This document shows, piece by piece, positions 1 to 10,400 of a DNA stretch of 48,093 nucleotides. The stretch is from the sequence record SRR20825019_241; one strand, given 5' to 3'. The translations under genes and the position numbers were made by a program. Each line of letters starts with the position of its first letter. Position 1 is the stretch's first letter. The notes beneath the pieces are model-generated. The model did no database searches, had not been told where the DNA came from, and was given only the letters and a program-made list of their open reading frames with translations.

Positions 1-1
1 T

Positions 2-973
2 TTTGTACTCCTTCTTTTGTTTCCATGCGCCGAAGTTGCTGCACGAATTTTAGGATGGAAAGCTCAGCAAAATTTGGATTACAAAGTAGAATCAACACCT
101 AAGAATTGGCTCCTAGGTGATTCGATCTACGGCATAAAACTCAACGCGGGCAAATTTAAGGTCACACTGAACGATAGCCTAACATTTTCAACGCAACATA
201 CCGAATTTGGAACGCGTAAAATTGCGACAAACGATACTGCATCGAATGAAGTGTTTATTCTCGGCTGCTCCTTCACGTATGGTTATGGAGTGAACACGGA
301 GCTGACTTTTGCGCAACTCATCGCCAATCATTTTCCAACGCAACGAGTAACTAATTTTGCCGTTCCAGGTCATGGTGAAGTCCAAGCGTTGCTGAAGTTA
401 AAGGAGAAAATTTCGTCAGGAGTTGTACCGAAAACCGTCTTATTAGTTTATTCAAAAGAGCATCCACAAAGAAATGTAATGAACCGTAATTACCGTAGCG
501 CACTGCACATAGGGTTTAATAAGTCAAATCAACATGTTGGAACGAGCATGACTTCTGCTAGGTTTCCTTATTTTTCTTCCCCTGAAACAACTGAGTTGAG
601 CTATGTGAAATGGGATGAGATCTATAAAAATTGGATAGGAAGACAAACGTTTGCAATTGTTAATGCACTGCAAACTTCGATAGAAACGGGCGGAGAAGAC
701 AATTCCATGCAAGTAACAGGTTTTGTTTTTAACCAAATTGCAGAGATTTGCACAGAGAATAAGGTAAACTTCGCTATTATAAACTTAGACGATCCAAATT
801 TCACGAAGCATTATCCATCGACTCTTAATACAATTAAGTGCATTTCAGTAGGGTTTGATTTTTCAAATCGTTCGCAGACAAATTATCCATACGATAATCA
901 TCCGAATTCACTTGGGCACACAAGAATTGCGAAAAGAATAATTCCAACGTTAGAAGAAATAATAAATGAATAG
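2..973 (+). CDS. SGNH/GDSL-like hydrolase, membrane anchored (5' end probably outside window)
   Basis: Block I-like LGCSFTYG, block II-like NFAVPGHG and C-terminal DNHPNSLGH (DxH). The frame is open to the window edge (FVLLLLFPCAEV), so the TTG at 17 is probably not the true start. Confidence 0.7.
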   Translation, partial: FVLLLLFPCAEVAARILGWKAQQNLDYKVESTPKNWLLGDSIYGIKLNAGKFKVTLNDSLTFSTQHTEFGTRKIATNDTASNEVFILGCSFTYGYGVNTELTFAQLIANHFPTQRVTNFAVPGHGEVQALLKLKEKISSGVVPKTVLLVYSKEHPQRNVMNRNYRSALHIGFNKSNQHVGTSMTSARFPYFSSPETTELSYVKWDEIYKNWIGRQTFAIVNALQTSIETGGEDNSMQVTGFVFNQIAEICTENKVNFAIINLDDPNFTKHYPSTLNTIKCISVGFDFSNRSQTNYPYDNHPNSLGHTRIAKRIIPTLEEIINE

Positions 974-3173
974 TAATCGTTGGATCGTTATCCCATTGAT
1001 TGTTGGCGTTATCCTTTTTGGATGGTACGCCCAATCTAAGCTGAAATACGATTTCAGCATTTCTACTTTTACAGCAGAAAATAGTAGAGAGTACACCAAC
1101 TATCGTGAGTATTCGGACCAGTTTCCATCCACAGATCAGTATGTTACGATAGGGATTGACCTTGAGAAACCAATAAATAATTGGGGAACATTCCAACGTT
1201 TTGTTGCTTTTAACGATACGCTTGAAAAACTCTATGAAGTACTCAAGTTGAACTCGATAACGGAAACAATTCTTCCACAAAAAGGTATTTTTGGAAAGGT
1301 TAATAAACGATTACTGGGCTGGAAAACTGAGGAGCAGTTTCAGAAGAAGTTTCAGGAGTTGGAGCTGTATCAAGATATTCGCCCAAAGTTTATTTCAGAC
1401 GATAATCATGCCGTAAGAATTTATCTCCAGACGAAAAACTTAGACCTCGAAGAATCAACGTTACTCATTCAAAAGATCAGAGATCTCGGCGCTAAGTTTG
1501 GCTTTAGTAAAGTTCACTTAGTGGGAAAAGGAGCATTTCAAGCCTTTGTTGAGAAAGCTTTTTTTAAGGAAATGATCATCCTCTCGTCATTGGGAATAGT
1601 GCTTTTGGTCGCTCTGTTCTATTTTTTCTTCAGAGGATATAAAAGTGTACTGCTGAGTTTCACGATGTTGATGTTCAACGTATCCTGTACAATGATTTTA
1701 TTCTGGCTGACAGGAATCAAGATCGGAATTTTGACCTTAACCGTTCCTTTGCTTATCGTAGTATTGTCTTTTTGTGATGTTGTTCACATTTTGTATTCCT
1801 ACAAAGCACATGCAACAAAAAAGGCCGATAAATTTGCAATGACCGCGACCGTTAAAAACCTTAATTGGTCGTTATTCTTAACATCTCTAACCACGTTTCT
1901 TGCATTCGCGATCTTCTTTTTAAGTCCAGTAATGGAAATTATAGAGTTTGCGCTAATCACTTGCGGTGGAATTTTTATAGCGTATTTCTCTTCACGATTT
2001 CTTTTTCCAAATCTTATTTTGTTAGTCAAAGTGCCGCCTTTCGAGGGAACGCCTCCGTTAGAAGGTGTAAAGAATGCGTTGATAAAGCGATTGGAAAAGT
2101 CGAAGCGAACCGCAGTAATTGCAATTGCACTTATTCTCTTTCTCGGAGGTTTTGCATTCATGAAAAGTCATATCAACAGCCAACCAGCCTTCGATGGCGA
2201 TTCGAACACTGAAATGGGCAAAGCGATGAAGTTTTTCAATGATAATTTTGAGGGAACACGAAGCATAGAAGTGATTTTGAAAGATACGAATGTGCTTACT
2301 GTTGAGAACATGAAGGTGATTGATTTGATCGATAATTACCTTACAACGGAGTACAAATGCAACTCCGTGTTTAGTTTAAATACGGCGGTTAAACGATTGA
2401 ATAGATACAGTCATTTTGGAAAACCAAGCTTCTATAAATTCCCAGATACTGTTTCCGTGCAATTTTTAAAAGTCATCGAGGATTATTCCGACGCGCTCGG
2501 ACTTCAGAATGCGGTAACCAAAGACCGAAAACTATTGCGTATTTCAGGGCGATTAAGCGAGGCAGATCTCCACAGTATTCGAGGGAGAAATGATAGTCTT
2601 CAGGCCTTTTTGAAGTCATTCAATACCGATACACGCTCTCTATTCATTAGTGGAAATTCGTATGTCAACGATGAGTCTCAGATTCGAGTAACTCGTTATA
2701 TACTTTTGGGAGTGTTGCTAAGTTTGCTGGTCGCTGGACTTCTCATTTGGGTTTTTTATCGTTCGTTTCGTCTAATGATTGCGGCATTAATTCCTAATTT
2801 GTTGCCCTTGTTAGCAGCCCTTTGTCTTATGCCTGTTACGGGAATAGAACTCAATGCTTTCTCCGTTATGGCGCTCTCAATTATTCTTGGACTTTCGGTT
2901 GATGACACGATTTATTTCATCGGAAATTCATTCAAAAGAGGACAGGAACCAACCTTGGATGACCTAAAAAATGGGGTTCGGAGAAACACGTTTCCTGTCG
3001 TTGTAACATCTGTCTTGTTAAGTGTGGGATTTGGAATTTTATCGCTCTCTGGTTTTTCATCTAATCGAGATATTGGAATATTAGTATCTTTAATTCTTCT
3101 TATCGCGCTACTATCGGATTTAATTGTCCTCCCAGCGCTTATGAAATGGATGTTTAAACTAAATAAAACCTAG
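966..3173 (+). CDS. MMPL/RND-family transporter
   Basis: 735 aa with two repeats of (1 TM + large periplasmic loop + 5 TM). TM acidic motifs SFCDVVH and GLSVDDTIYF. Confidence 0.85.
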   Translation: MNSNRWIVIPLIVGVILFGWYAQSKLKYDFSISTFTAENSREYTNYREYSDQFPSTDQYVTIGIDLEKPINNWGTFQRFVAFNDTLEKLYEVLKLNSITETILPQKGIFGKVNKRLLGWKTEEQFQKKFQELELYQDIRPKFISDDNHAVRIYLQTKNLDLEESTLLIQKIRDLGAKFGFSKVHLVGKGAFQAFVEKAFFKEMIILSSLGIVLLVALFYFFFRGYKSVLLSFTMLMFNVSCTMILFWLTGIKIGILTLTVPLLIVVLSFCDVVHILYSYKAHATKKADKFAMTATVKNLNWSLFLTSLTTFLAFAIFFLSPVMEIIEFALITCGGIFIAYFSSRFLFPNLILLVKVPPFEGTPPLEGVKNALIKRLEKSKRTAVIAIALILFLGGFAFMKSHINSQPAFDGDSNTEMGKAMKFFNDNFEGTRSIEVILKDTNVLTVENMKVIDLIDNYLTTEYKCNSVFSLNTAVKRLNRYSHFGKPSFYKFPDTVSVQFLKVIEDYSDALGLQNAVTKDRKLLRISGRLSEADLHSIRGRNDSLQAFLKSFNTDTRSLFISGNSYVNDESQIRVTRYILLGVLLSLLVAGLLIWVFYRSFRLMIAALIPNLLPLLAALCLMPVTGIELNAFSVMALSIILGLSVDDTIYFIGNSFKRGQEPTLDDLKNGVRRNTFPVVVTSVLLSVGFGILSLSGFSSNRDIGILVSLILLIALLSDLIVLPALMKWMFKLNKT

Positions 3174-4637
3174 GTGCCCTACATTATTCTCGCCATTTAT
3201 AGTCTTATTAGTTTAGTGCTCTTAATCTATAGCTGCGTAGAGTTTATGCTGCTTCTGAATTTTATTTTTAGAAAGAAGATTGTAGAAACAAAAGAATGGG
3301 ACGTTTTGCCACATGTTACGATCCAATTACCACTGTACAATGAGAAATTTGTTGTAGAGCGTTTAATTGACGCCATCGTTCGAATAGATTATCCAAAAGA
3401 GAAGTTAGAAATTCAAGTACTTGACGATTCCACCGATGAAACCATTGAAAAGGCAAAACGGAAAGTAGAAGAATACCAAAAACAAGGCTTTGATATCCAA
3501 TACATTCAACGTGAAGATCGCTCTGGATTTAAAGCAGGCGCGCTCGATTATGGACTTCTCTCGGCAAAAGGTGAATTTATTGCCATTTTTGATGCCGATT
3601 TTCTACCAGAAACCATTTTTTTATTGGAATCGATTCCGCATTTTAGCAATGATAAAGTGGGAGTGGTTCAATCGCGATGGGGTTATCTGAACGAAAACTA
3701 TTCTTTCTTAACGAGGTTACAAACGGTCATCTTGAATACGCACTTTTCCGTTGAACAAGCTGGAAGAAACCGGAGCAAAGCTTATATAAACTTTAACGGA
3801 ACCGCGGGGATTTGGTCTAAGAAATGCATTGATGATGCAGGAGGTTGGATGGCGGATACGCTCACAGAGGATTTAGACCTTAGCTTCAGAGCGCAAATGA
3901 AAGGCTGGAAATTCAAGTATGTAATGGAAATCGAGTCTCCTTCTGAATTACCAATTACGTTTCCTGGCTACAAAGCTCAACAGTTTAGATGGGCAAAAGG
4001 CGCCGCTGAATGTGTGAAAAAGAATTTATCAGCACTGTGGAAATCAAATGCGAGCTTTTGGGCAAAATGGATAGGTTCTTTCCACTTACTGAATAGTTCA
4101 GTGTATCTCGTTGTATTGAGTTTTATTTTATTATCGTTCCCGATGTCTTATTCATTGCAACAGCTCAAAGGGAATCCTATGATTGACGCTATTTTGCCGT
4201 TTTTTCTTATTTCGAACCTTTTACTCCTTTGTGTATTTACAGGTGGAAACCTCTATAAATCGAAAAAAGGGGTACTACAATGGTTGGCTTTCCCAATTGT
4301 TTTCCTTGGATTTTTAATTGTAAATATGGGAATGTCCTTGTACATGTCCATTGGTGTAATTGAAGGTTATCTCGGAAAGAAATCTGAATTTGTTCGAACA
4401 CCTAAGTTTAACGTGTTGGCTTCTAAAAAGGAAAAGGTTCAAAAGGCATACACTAAAATTTCATTGACGCCATTGAATATGATTGAGCTCCTAATCGTTT
4501 GTTACGGGGTTTTCCAAATTATCTACGCTTCTTTACACGGTGATCTTTTTGGAGGTATTTTTGCCGCAATGTTTACCGTTGGATTTGGTTACAATGTTGG
4601 GAGTACCGTTTATCACGCCTCGTTCAATAAATCATAA
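3174..4637 (+). CDS. Processive GT2 glycosyltransferase (cellulose synthase-like, CslA/CslC type)
   Basis: QLPLYNE, DDSTD, KAGAL, DADF, TEDLD and QQFRW (QxxRW) motifs, plus N- and C-terminal TM helices. The GTG start abuts the upstream stop. Confidence 0.9.
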   Translation: MPYIILAIYSLISLVLLIYSCVEFMLLLNFIFRKKIVETKEWDVLPHVTIQLPLYNEKFVVERLIDAIVRIDYPKEKLEIQVLDDSTDETIEKAKRKVEEYQKQGFDIQYIQREDRSGFKAGALDYGLLSAKGEFIAIFDADFLPETIFLLESIPHFSNDKVGVVQSRWGYLNENYSFLTRLQTVILNTHFSVEQAGRNRSKAYINFNGTAGIWSKKCIDDAGGWMADTLTEDLDLSFRAQMKGWKFKYVMEIESPSELPITFPGYKAQQFRWAKGAAECVKKNLSALWKSNASFWAKWIGSFHLLNSSVYLVVLSFILLSFPMSYSLQQLKGNPMIDAILPFFLISNLLLLCVFTGGNLYKSKKGVLQWLAFPIVFLGFLIVNMGMSLYMSIGVIEGYLGKKSEFVRTPKFNVLASKKEKVQKAYTKISLTPLNMIELLIVCYGVFQIIYASLHGDLFGGIFAAMFTVGFGYNVGSTVYHASFNKS

Positions 4638-4640
4638 ACT

Positions 4641-5750
4641 ATGAAACGATCAACTATAATTTGGAGTGCATTTGGACTAATGTTGATGACTGCATGCGTT
4701 CTGGAGCCCAAAAAGGATCAAGAAACGATAGCAGTTGACACAAATGAAGTGCCAACCAATTTATCTTTTGAAGAAGCTGAACGATTAGTAACCCTTCCGA
4801 TTGCATGCGTTGATATTGAGTTTCCTAACAAACTGAATCAGGTGATCGCTTCCGAGAAGGATTTACAGGAACCAAGTGAGTTACATCCCGCTTTTTACGG
4901 TTGTTTCGATTGGCACTCTGCGGTTCACGGTCATTGGTCGCTTGTGCGTTTGCTCCGTTCTCATCCTGAATTGAAAGAACGGGAGCGAATTATTTCGGGA
5001 CTCCAAAAGCACTTAACGAAGGAAAATATTACCAAAGAAATAGCGTATTTCGAGAACCCAACTAACCAAGGTTTCGAGCGAATGTACGGATGGGCATGGC
5101 TGCTTAAATTAACGGAGGAGCTAGAACTTTGGAAAGATCCTGCTGCTGCTGAACTCCGAAATAATATTCAACCATTGGCAGCGGTTATTTCTAAAGCGAT
5201 GATCAAATTTCTACCGAAACTAAATTATCCGCTGCGCGACGGAACGCATACAAATACGGCTTTCGGTCTGTCCTTGGCGTATGATTATGCGAGAACAGTC
5301 AACGACCTTGAACTGAAAACGGCCATCGAAAAGCGTGCGAAAGAATTCTATTTAACAGATGAAAATTGTCCGCAGAGTTGGGAGCCGAGTGGCTATGATT
5401 TTCTATCGCCGTGCTTTGAAGAAGCAAATTTGATGCGAAAAATTCTTTCAAAAGATAAATTCGTTCTGTGGATTAATACATTCATGCCTGAGTTATCGTC
5501 ACCAGATTTTAAACTAACTCCTGGAATCGTTTCTGATAGAAACGACGGACATTTGGTGCATTTGGATGGATTGAATTTTAGTCGTGCATGGTGCTTATTT
5601 GGAATTGCCGAAGCGCTCCCAGAAACGCATGGACATCTAGTGAAAGTAGGCAACGACCATATTAAACACTCGCTCCCATTTTTAGTAGGGGATAGCTACG
5701 AAGGTGGACATTGGCTTGCGAGTTTTGCACTCATGGCATTAACTCATTAA
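4641..5750 (+). CDS. DUF2891 family lipoprotein
   Basis: Lipobox LMTAC. Family motifs HPAFYGCFDWHSAVHGHW, FERMYGWAW, HLDGLNFSRAW and YEGGHWLASFA. Confidence 0.88.
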   Translation: MKRSTIIWSAFGLMLMTACVLEPKKDQETIAVDTNEVPTNLSFEEAERLVTLPIACVDIEFPNKLNQVIASEKDLQEPSELHPAFYGCFDWHSAVHGHWSLVRLLRSHPELKERERIISGLQKHLTKENITKEIAYFENPTNQGFERMYGWAWLLKLTEELELWKDPAAAELRNNIQPLAAVISKAMIKFLPKLNYPLRDGTHTNTAFGLSLAYDYARTVNDLELKTAIEKRAKEFYLTDENCPQSWEPSGYDFLSPCFEEANLMRKILSKDKFVLWINTFMPELSSPDFKLTPGIVSDRNDGHLVHLDGLNFSRAWCLFGIAEALPETHGHLVKVGNDHIKHSLPFLVGDSYEGGHWLASFALMALTH

Positions 5751-5761
5751 TTGGTGAAAAC

Positions 5762-5790
5762 AAAAAAACCGCCCTCGAATGAGAGCGGTT
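5762..5790 (-). terminator. Intrinsic terminator between convergent genes
   Basis: On the minus strand: AACCGCTCTC-ATTC-GAGGGCGGTT followed by a T-run. Confidence 0.75.
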
Positions 5791-5811
5791 CCGTATAAAA
5801 AGAGTTATTTC

Positions 5812-7032
5812 TTAATTCTTTACAAAACGCGCTTGAGAAACTCCCGTAGCTGTTTGAACTTGTGCAATGTATGCTCCAGAAGGAAGGTTCGATACATCCA
5901 CAGAATTGGAATTTTGCTCAATCATGATTTTTCCATTCAAAGAAAACACTTTCACATTCTCTATTTTTTCAGCAGAAGAAATAGTTAATACATCGTTTAC
6001 TGGATTTGGATATACAGATAGGATCGCTTGCGTGTTTTCGTTAACTCCTACCGTTGAAGCATAATAGTAATTGTACGTATTATAAACATACAGCATTGAC
6101 GTTCCAAAGTCAAAATCACTATTTTCAAGTTTAGTTAGGAATCCTTGAGCATCATAAGTGAACTCTCTTTTTTCTATCAAGTCACCGCTAAACGTTCCTT
6201 CAATCGTTGAGATTTTTTGATTCGCACCGTATGTATAATCATAAATAATAAGTGCTGGAGTCTGAGGTTGTCCGCCAACTACTTCGAAACCTTCTAATTT
6301 ACTTGGTTTTCCAGCTGTATACGTGTAGTCAACGTCATACGTTTGCTCTAAAGGAGTAGATAGATCTCCTTCTAATATTTGAATATTGCTCAATTCAGTT
6401 CCTGAATAAGTAAGAATACTTTTGTTGTATGCGAACCACTGGCCAGCCGACTGATCGTAGCCGTAATTAGTTGCCTCTATAAGTTGATTGCTAGCGTTGT
6501 AAGTCAAACTGTCAGATGTCGAGTTTACAGATGATCCAGAAGAAAAGTCAAACACATTATGAACAGTCATATTTTGATTTGCATCGTATTCCAATGTTTC
6601 AGCCTGTGTTTGAATCCAATTCGTACCATCAAAATAGTATCTCTCTATTGACGTAGTGTTTCCGCTAGCATTGTATGCATAAACAGTTCGATCGTAAACC
6701 GATTCCGTTTGAGTTACCTGACCTGAAGTGATAGTATAATTGATAACTTCGGCCGGCGACAGTGGAAGTGAACTACCGTTAAAAGTACTCTCTGTTCCAC
6801 AAAGAATTAACGGAAGATCAAAGCCCCAATCGAAAACTGGGTTATCGAATTTAAAGATAGGCTCACTTGAAGTTAATGACCCACCCCATGAAGGATATTG
6901 GTATGAACTCGAATCGATATACTGAATCGCTCCGGTATTGTCATAGTAATACAATGACTTCCCAATCAATTTTTGTTGTGCCTGTGCCCCCATAGCGCTT
7001 GCGAGAACAAGCAATAGTAATGCTTTTTTCAT
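5812..7032 (-). CDS. Secreted repeat protein with T9SS type A C-terminal sorting domain
   Basis: Signal peptide, recurring YxYxxxG/N units, and C-terminal VYPNP...GAYIAQV...RFVKN. Confidence 0.8.
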   Translation of the reverse strand: MKKALLLLVLASAMGAQAQQKLIGKSLYYYDNTGAIQYIDSSSYQYPSWGGSLTSSEPIFKFDNPVFDWGFDLPLILCGTESTFNGSSLPLSPAEVINYTITSGQVTQTESVYDRTVYAYNASGNTTSIERYYFDGTNWIQTQAETLEYDANQNMTVHNVFDFSSGSSVNSTSDSLTYNASNQLIEATNYGYDQSAGQWFAYNKSILTYSGTELSNIQILEGDLSTPLEQTYDVDYTYTAGKPSKLEGFEVVGGQPQTPALIIYDYTYGANQKISTIEGTFSGDLIEKREFTYDAQGFLTKLENSDFDFGTSMLYVYNTYNYYYASTVGVNENTQAILSVYPNPVNDVLTISSAEKIENVKVFSLNGKIMIEQNSNSVDVSNLPSGAYIAQVQTATGVSQARFVKN

Positions 7033-7049
7033 ACAGTTTATAATTTTGG

Positions 7050-7057
7050 CAAATGTA
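7050..7057 (-). promoter_or_regulatory. Bacteroidota sigma70 -7 box (TACATTTG) for the T9SS repeat-protein gene
   Basis: Exact TAnnTTTG 17 nt upstream of the ATG at 7032. Confidence 0.65.
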
Positions 7058-7258
7058 TGAAACGGAATTCACTTGAAAAATTGAAAATCAGTGCTATTAA
7101 CAATTTTTCTGATCGATCTAATTTGGGAGATTGGCGATGTTGGGAGTAAAACCTCCTATTTTCGATTAATTCATCTAATTTGTCGCTGAATAATCGAATT
7201 TGATAGATAAATCAGCTCGAATATTCATTTAACTACCTGAAATAGAGTTCAATTGTCG

Positions 7259-7266
7259 TACCTTTG
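7259..7266 (+). promoter_or_regulatory. Bacteroidota -7 box (TACCTTTG) with no downstream protein gene
   Basis: Exact TAnnTTTG. The next gene downstream is on the opposite strand. Confidence 0.6.
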
Positions 7267-7269
7267 CGT

Positions 7270-7405
7270 TGGTATTTTTGCCGTATAGTATTATGCTCAC
7301 CTTTTATGGATACAGCACAAGCGAGAGAGTCGCTCCCGGTTGACCATAACTGAAGTAGCAACATTAAGAACTTCCCAACAGAACTCCTGCTGGGAAGTTC
7401 TGCGT
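7270..7405 (+). ncRNA. Candidate structured small RNA of unknown family
   Basis: Promoter box upstream. Nested complementary pairs TGCT 7294-7297/AGCA 7357-7360, TTATGG 7304-7309/CCATAA 7344-7349 and AGCGA 7320-7324/TCGCT 7330-7334. Terminator-like hairpin at 7367-7401. Confidence 0.55.
7367..7401. terminator. Probable bidirectional terminator hairpin
   Basis: 11-bp stem AGAACTTCCCA/TGGGAAGTTCT extended by CAG/CTG. It lies 10 nt beyond the helicase stop. Confidence 0.7.
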
Positions 7406-7411
7406 TTAGTC

Positions 7412-10400
7412 TCATTCATAGCGACATTCCCAACCTCTGGAGAAGAGTACACGATGTAAGGTCACGATTTCTTTAGCCTCATGAAGCGTAGAGTATATTT
7501 CTGGAAGATGAAGTACGTTGTCTTCAATCGTCGGTTGCAACCCGAAAGGGAAGCGATGATACGAGTTGGAATCGTAACTTTCAGAAAATCGAATCCATTG
7601 GCGAATAAGATTAATAGACTCGTTTTCGCTTAGTTTAAAATCTTCGGAGCGAACAGAACAGAAGAAATCGATTTGCTTTCTAGCACGCGTTAACAATACA
7701 TTCAGTCGTTTTCTGCCATTGGCTGTATTCATTGGACCAAACCGATGGTGAAATTCTCCGTCAGGATTTCTAGCATAACCAAAGCTGATCAAAAGCTGAT
7801 CACATTCATCACCCTGAACGTTCTCCAATGCTTTAAAAAACGCCTTGTTTTCCGAAATACGATCGTTCAGGTTCTCTTGAGCAAGAGGAGATAGTTGATT
7901 CCAAATGCACATTAGTTGTTCCTCAGAAAAGGCAACGATTCCAAGATCTGAACTGGAGTTCAAGCGCATTTCTATTTCACGTGCAACTTGCTTTGCTTCA
8001 ATAATATTTGTGCGGCCTTCAAAAATTCCCTCAGTGACATAATGATGCACCAAACAGTTATTGGTTTGCTGGTAATGTGGAAAAACTTGAAGGGAGTTCC
8101 CATAGAAATGTTGATTGGAGAATGCGATCAAATCAGCCTGAACACTACGATAATGGTGCTTTAAGACTACTCTCGGGAAATGATAAGACGCCTGATGAAG
8201 AAGATTTACCGTTTCGGATTCCCTAGAAACAAAATAGGAAGTTGGACCCATTTGATGCTCATCTCCTGCCACAATAGCTCGAACGGAACGCTGCAACGCG
8301 CCCAATGAATTTTGGAGTGGAATCTGACTTGCTTCGTCGAAAATAACAACGTCAAAAAGTGATTTTTCCATAGGAAAACAATCCGCTAATTGTGAAGGAT
8401 TGCTTAACCAGATTGGTTTTAACAATTGAATCCATTCACGCGCCTCGGATTGAAACAGTTGACGTAAGGAAGGGTGTTGTCGCGTTTTACTAAACTCTTT
8501 TACAAGAATCGATTTCCCCTTTTTTAAACGTGCTTTTCTTACTTTTTGAGCTGCGTTAAGTTTTTTTGAAGATGAATTTAAGAGTTCATGCGCTTCTTGA
8601 AATTTGATCAATACAGCTTGATTCAGAGAATTGGCAAACTGATCCGCTTCTTCGTCTTCGGCTAGAATGACGCGCTCAATTTTTTCCGCGAGATGCGAGG
8701 GTTGATAATTCGCTAATTGGGGAAAACGCTCCTGGAATTTTGTCTTATGCGAGTGGAGAAGAATCGAACCATACAGCTCGAATGTCTCCGCGAATTGAAA
8801 TACATTAAGGAGTGATGAATCCCATCTTTTCAAATCCGATTGTCGTTGAATCAGCGCTGGAAGTCGTTGCCCGAATAGAAGTAAATAATCAACTACGTTA
8901 TCGTCATTTTTGAAGTTAAAATAAGCTCTAAAATCGCGATAAAGGTTGTTTAAAATGGTATGCTTTTGGGTCAGTTCAGCGCGTTGATCCGAAGAAACGG
9001 AATGATACGCTTCCCAATGAGTTTCTGTAAAATGAGGAAGTGTTTGCTCTATGATCGGAAGTTGGTTTTCAGGATCTGTAATTCCTAAATCGCAAAATTT
9101 AATAAGTATTTGAGATATTTCATGCTCTAGAGACAATTCTCTCTCTCGTTCTTCCAATACGCCCGAGTTACTTTCAAAAGGAATTTGAGACAGTTGATTC
9201 CACCGTTTTTTGAGTTTTCGTCGTTTAAAATAACCTTTGGTGGCAAGCGCGGAACGAAGCGCCGTAACTTCACTCATTGAGGGAGAAATCTTCCAATGCG
9301 AATGGTTCAGCTCCTTTTTCTGAATCATCAGTTTCGCGTAACTAGATGTTAGCTTTAGAAAACGCTTCTGCTCGCGAGAATTTGGTCGAAGAAGCAAATG
9401 ATATGATCGAAATAAATCATTTTCAAACACCTGAAGCTGACTTGCGAGTCGCATGGTTTCTGAAATTTTGCCCCATGTTAACTCCTCGGAAATACCAGAA
9501 AGATTCTTAAGTTGAGTGAGCCAAAACCGAATCTTTTCATCCAATTGAACAAGTTGATCATTTTGGAAAATCGTTGGTTTGCAACGTCCTAGAAGATTGT
9601 TGAGTTGCTCGTCATAAATTTCTTGGAGAGTTGATTTCTCTTGAATGTAAGTCGAAAGTTCGGGAACATTACTCACATATTCATTCGTTGGAGCTACTTC
9701 TGAGAGTAATTTCTGATACTGTGAAAAGGAGATTCCGCCAACAAGATCATTCTGTGAAAGAAGGTCAATCGTCATCTGAAGATTGTTTTCATAATGACCA
9801 GAAATGTGTAAAGGAGCGCTATTTTCAGCTACAAGAGATTCGAAATAATCCCATGAACTTTTTAAGTCAACAAGAAATGCTTTGATATCCTTTTTGGATG
9901 TTGAAATAGAGCTCAAGCGATCTAAATTGAACAAGCCGAGCTTTTTTTGTATCACTTCTAATGCCGCGAATTTTTCGGAAACCACCAATACCGAAGAATC
10001 TTCCGAAGTACATTTTGCGACAATATTGGTGAGTACCTGAGATTTTCCTGTACCCGGAGGACCTTGAATAACCGTATTTTCGTGACTAACGGATTCAAAA
10101 ACACGAACGTGATCTGTATCCGATGGAAACAATTGAAATGGCGAAAGTGAAATCGATTCAGGTGCTTGATTTCCTTCTCCCAAAAGATGCAAAAGTGAAG
10201 AACTCAACTCCGTGGATTGGAGCAATTCTTCTAATTCCTTAATCACAGAGAAGCGATGATGGTGAAAATTACCCAGAATCAACTCCGTTTTTAAAACGGT
10301 CAGTGAAAGTTCAGTGAGAAATACTTCCCAGCGCTCTAGCTGAGGAGATTCAACCAACTCTTCGGGAATAACCACATTTAAGTCTTTCGTTAAATGCCGA

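Noticed and set aside
7116-7182. ATCTAATTTG occurring twice (7116-7125 and 7173-7182)
   Set aside because: Only two short AT-rich copies. This is not a CRISPR or iteron array and could be chance.
7233-7415. 60-aa minus-strand ORF directly after the helicase
   Set aside because: It runs through a terminator hairpin and has no recognisable protein features. The plus-strand promoter and RNA structure explain the region better.
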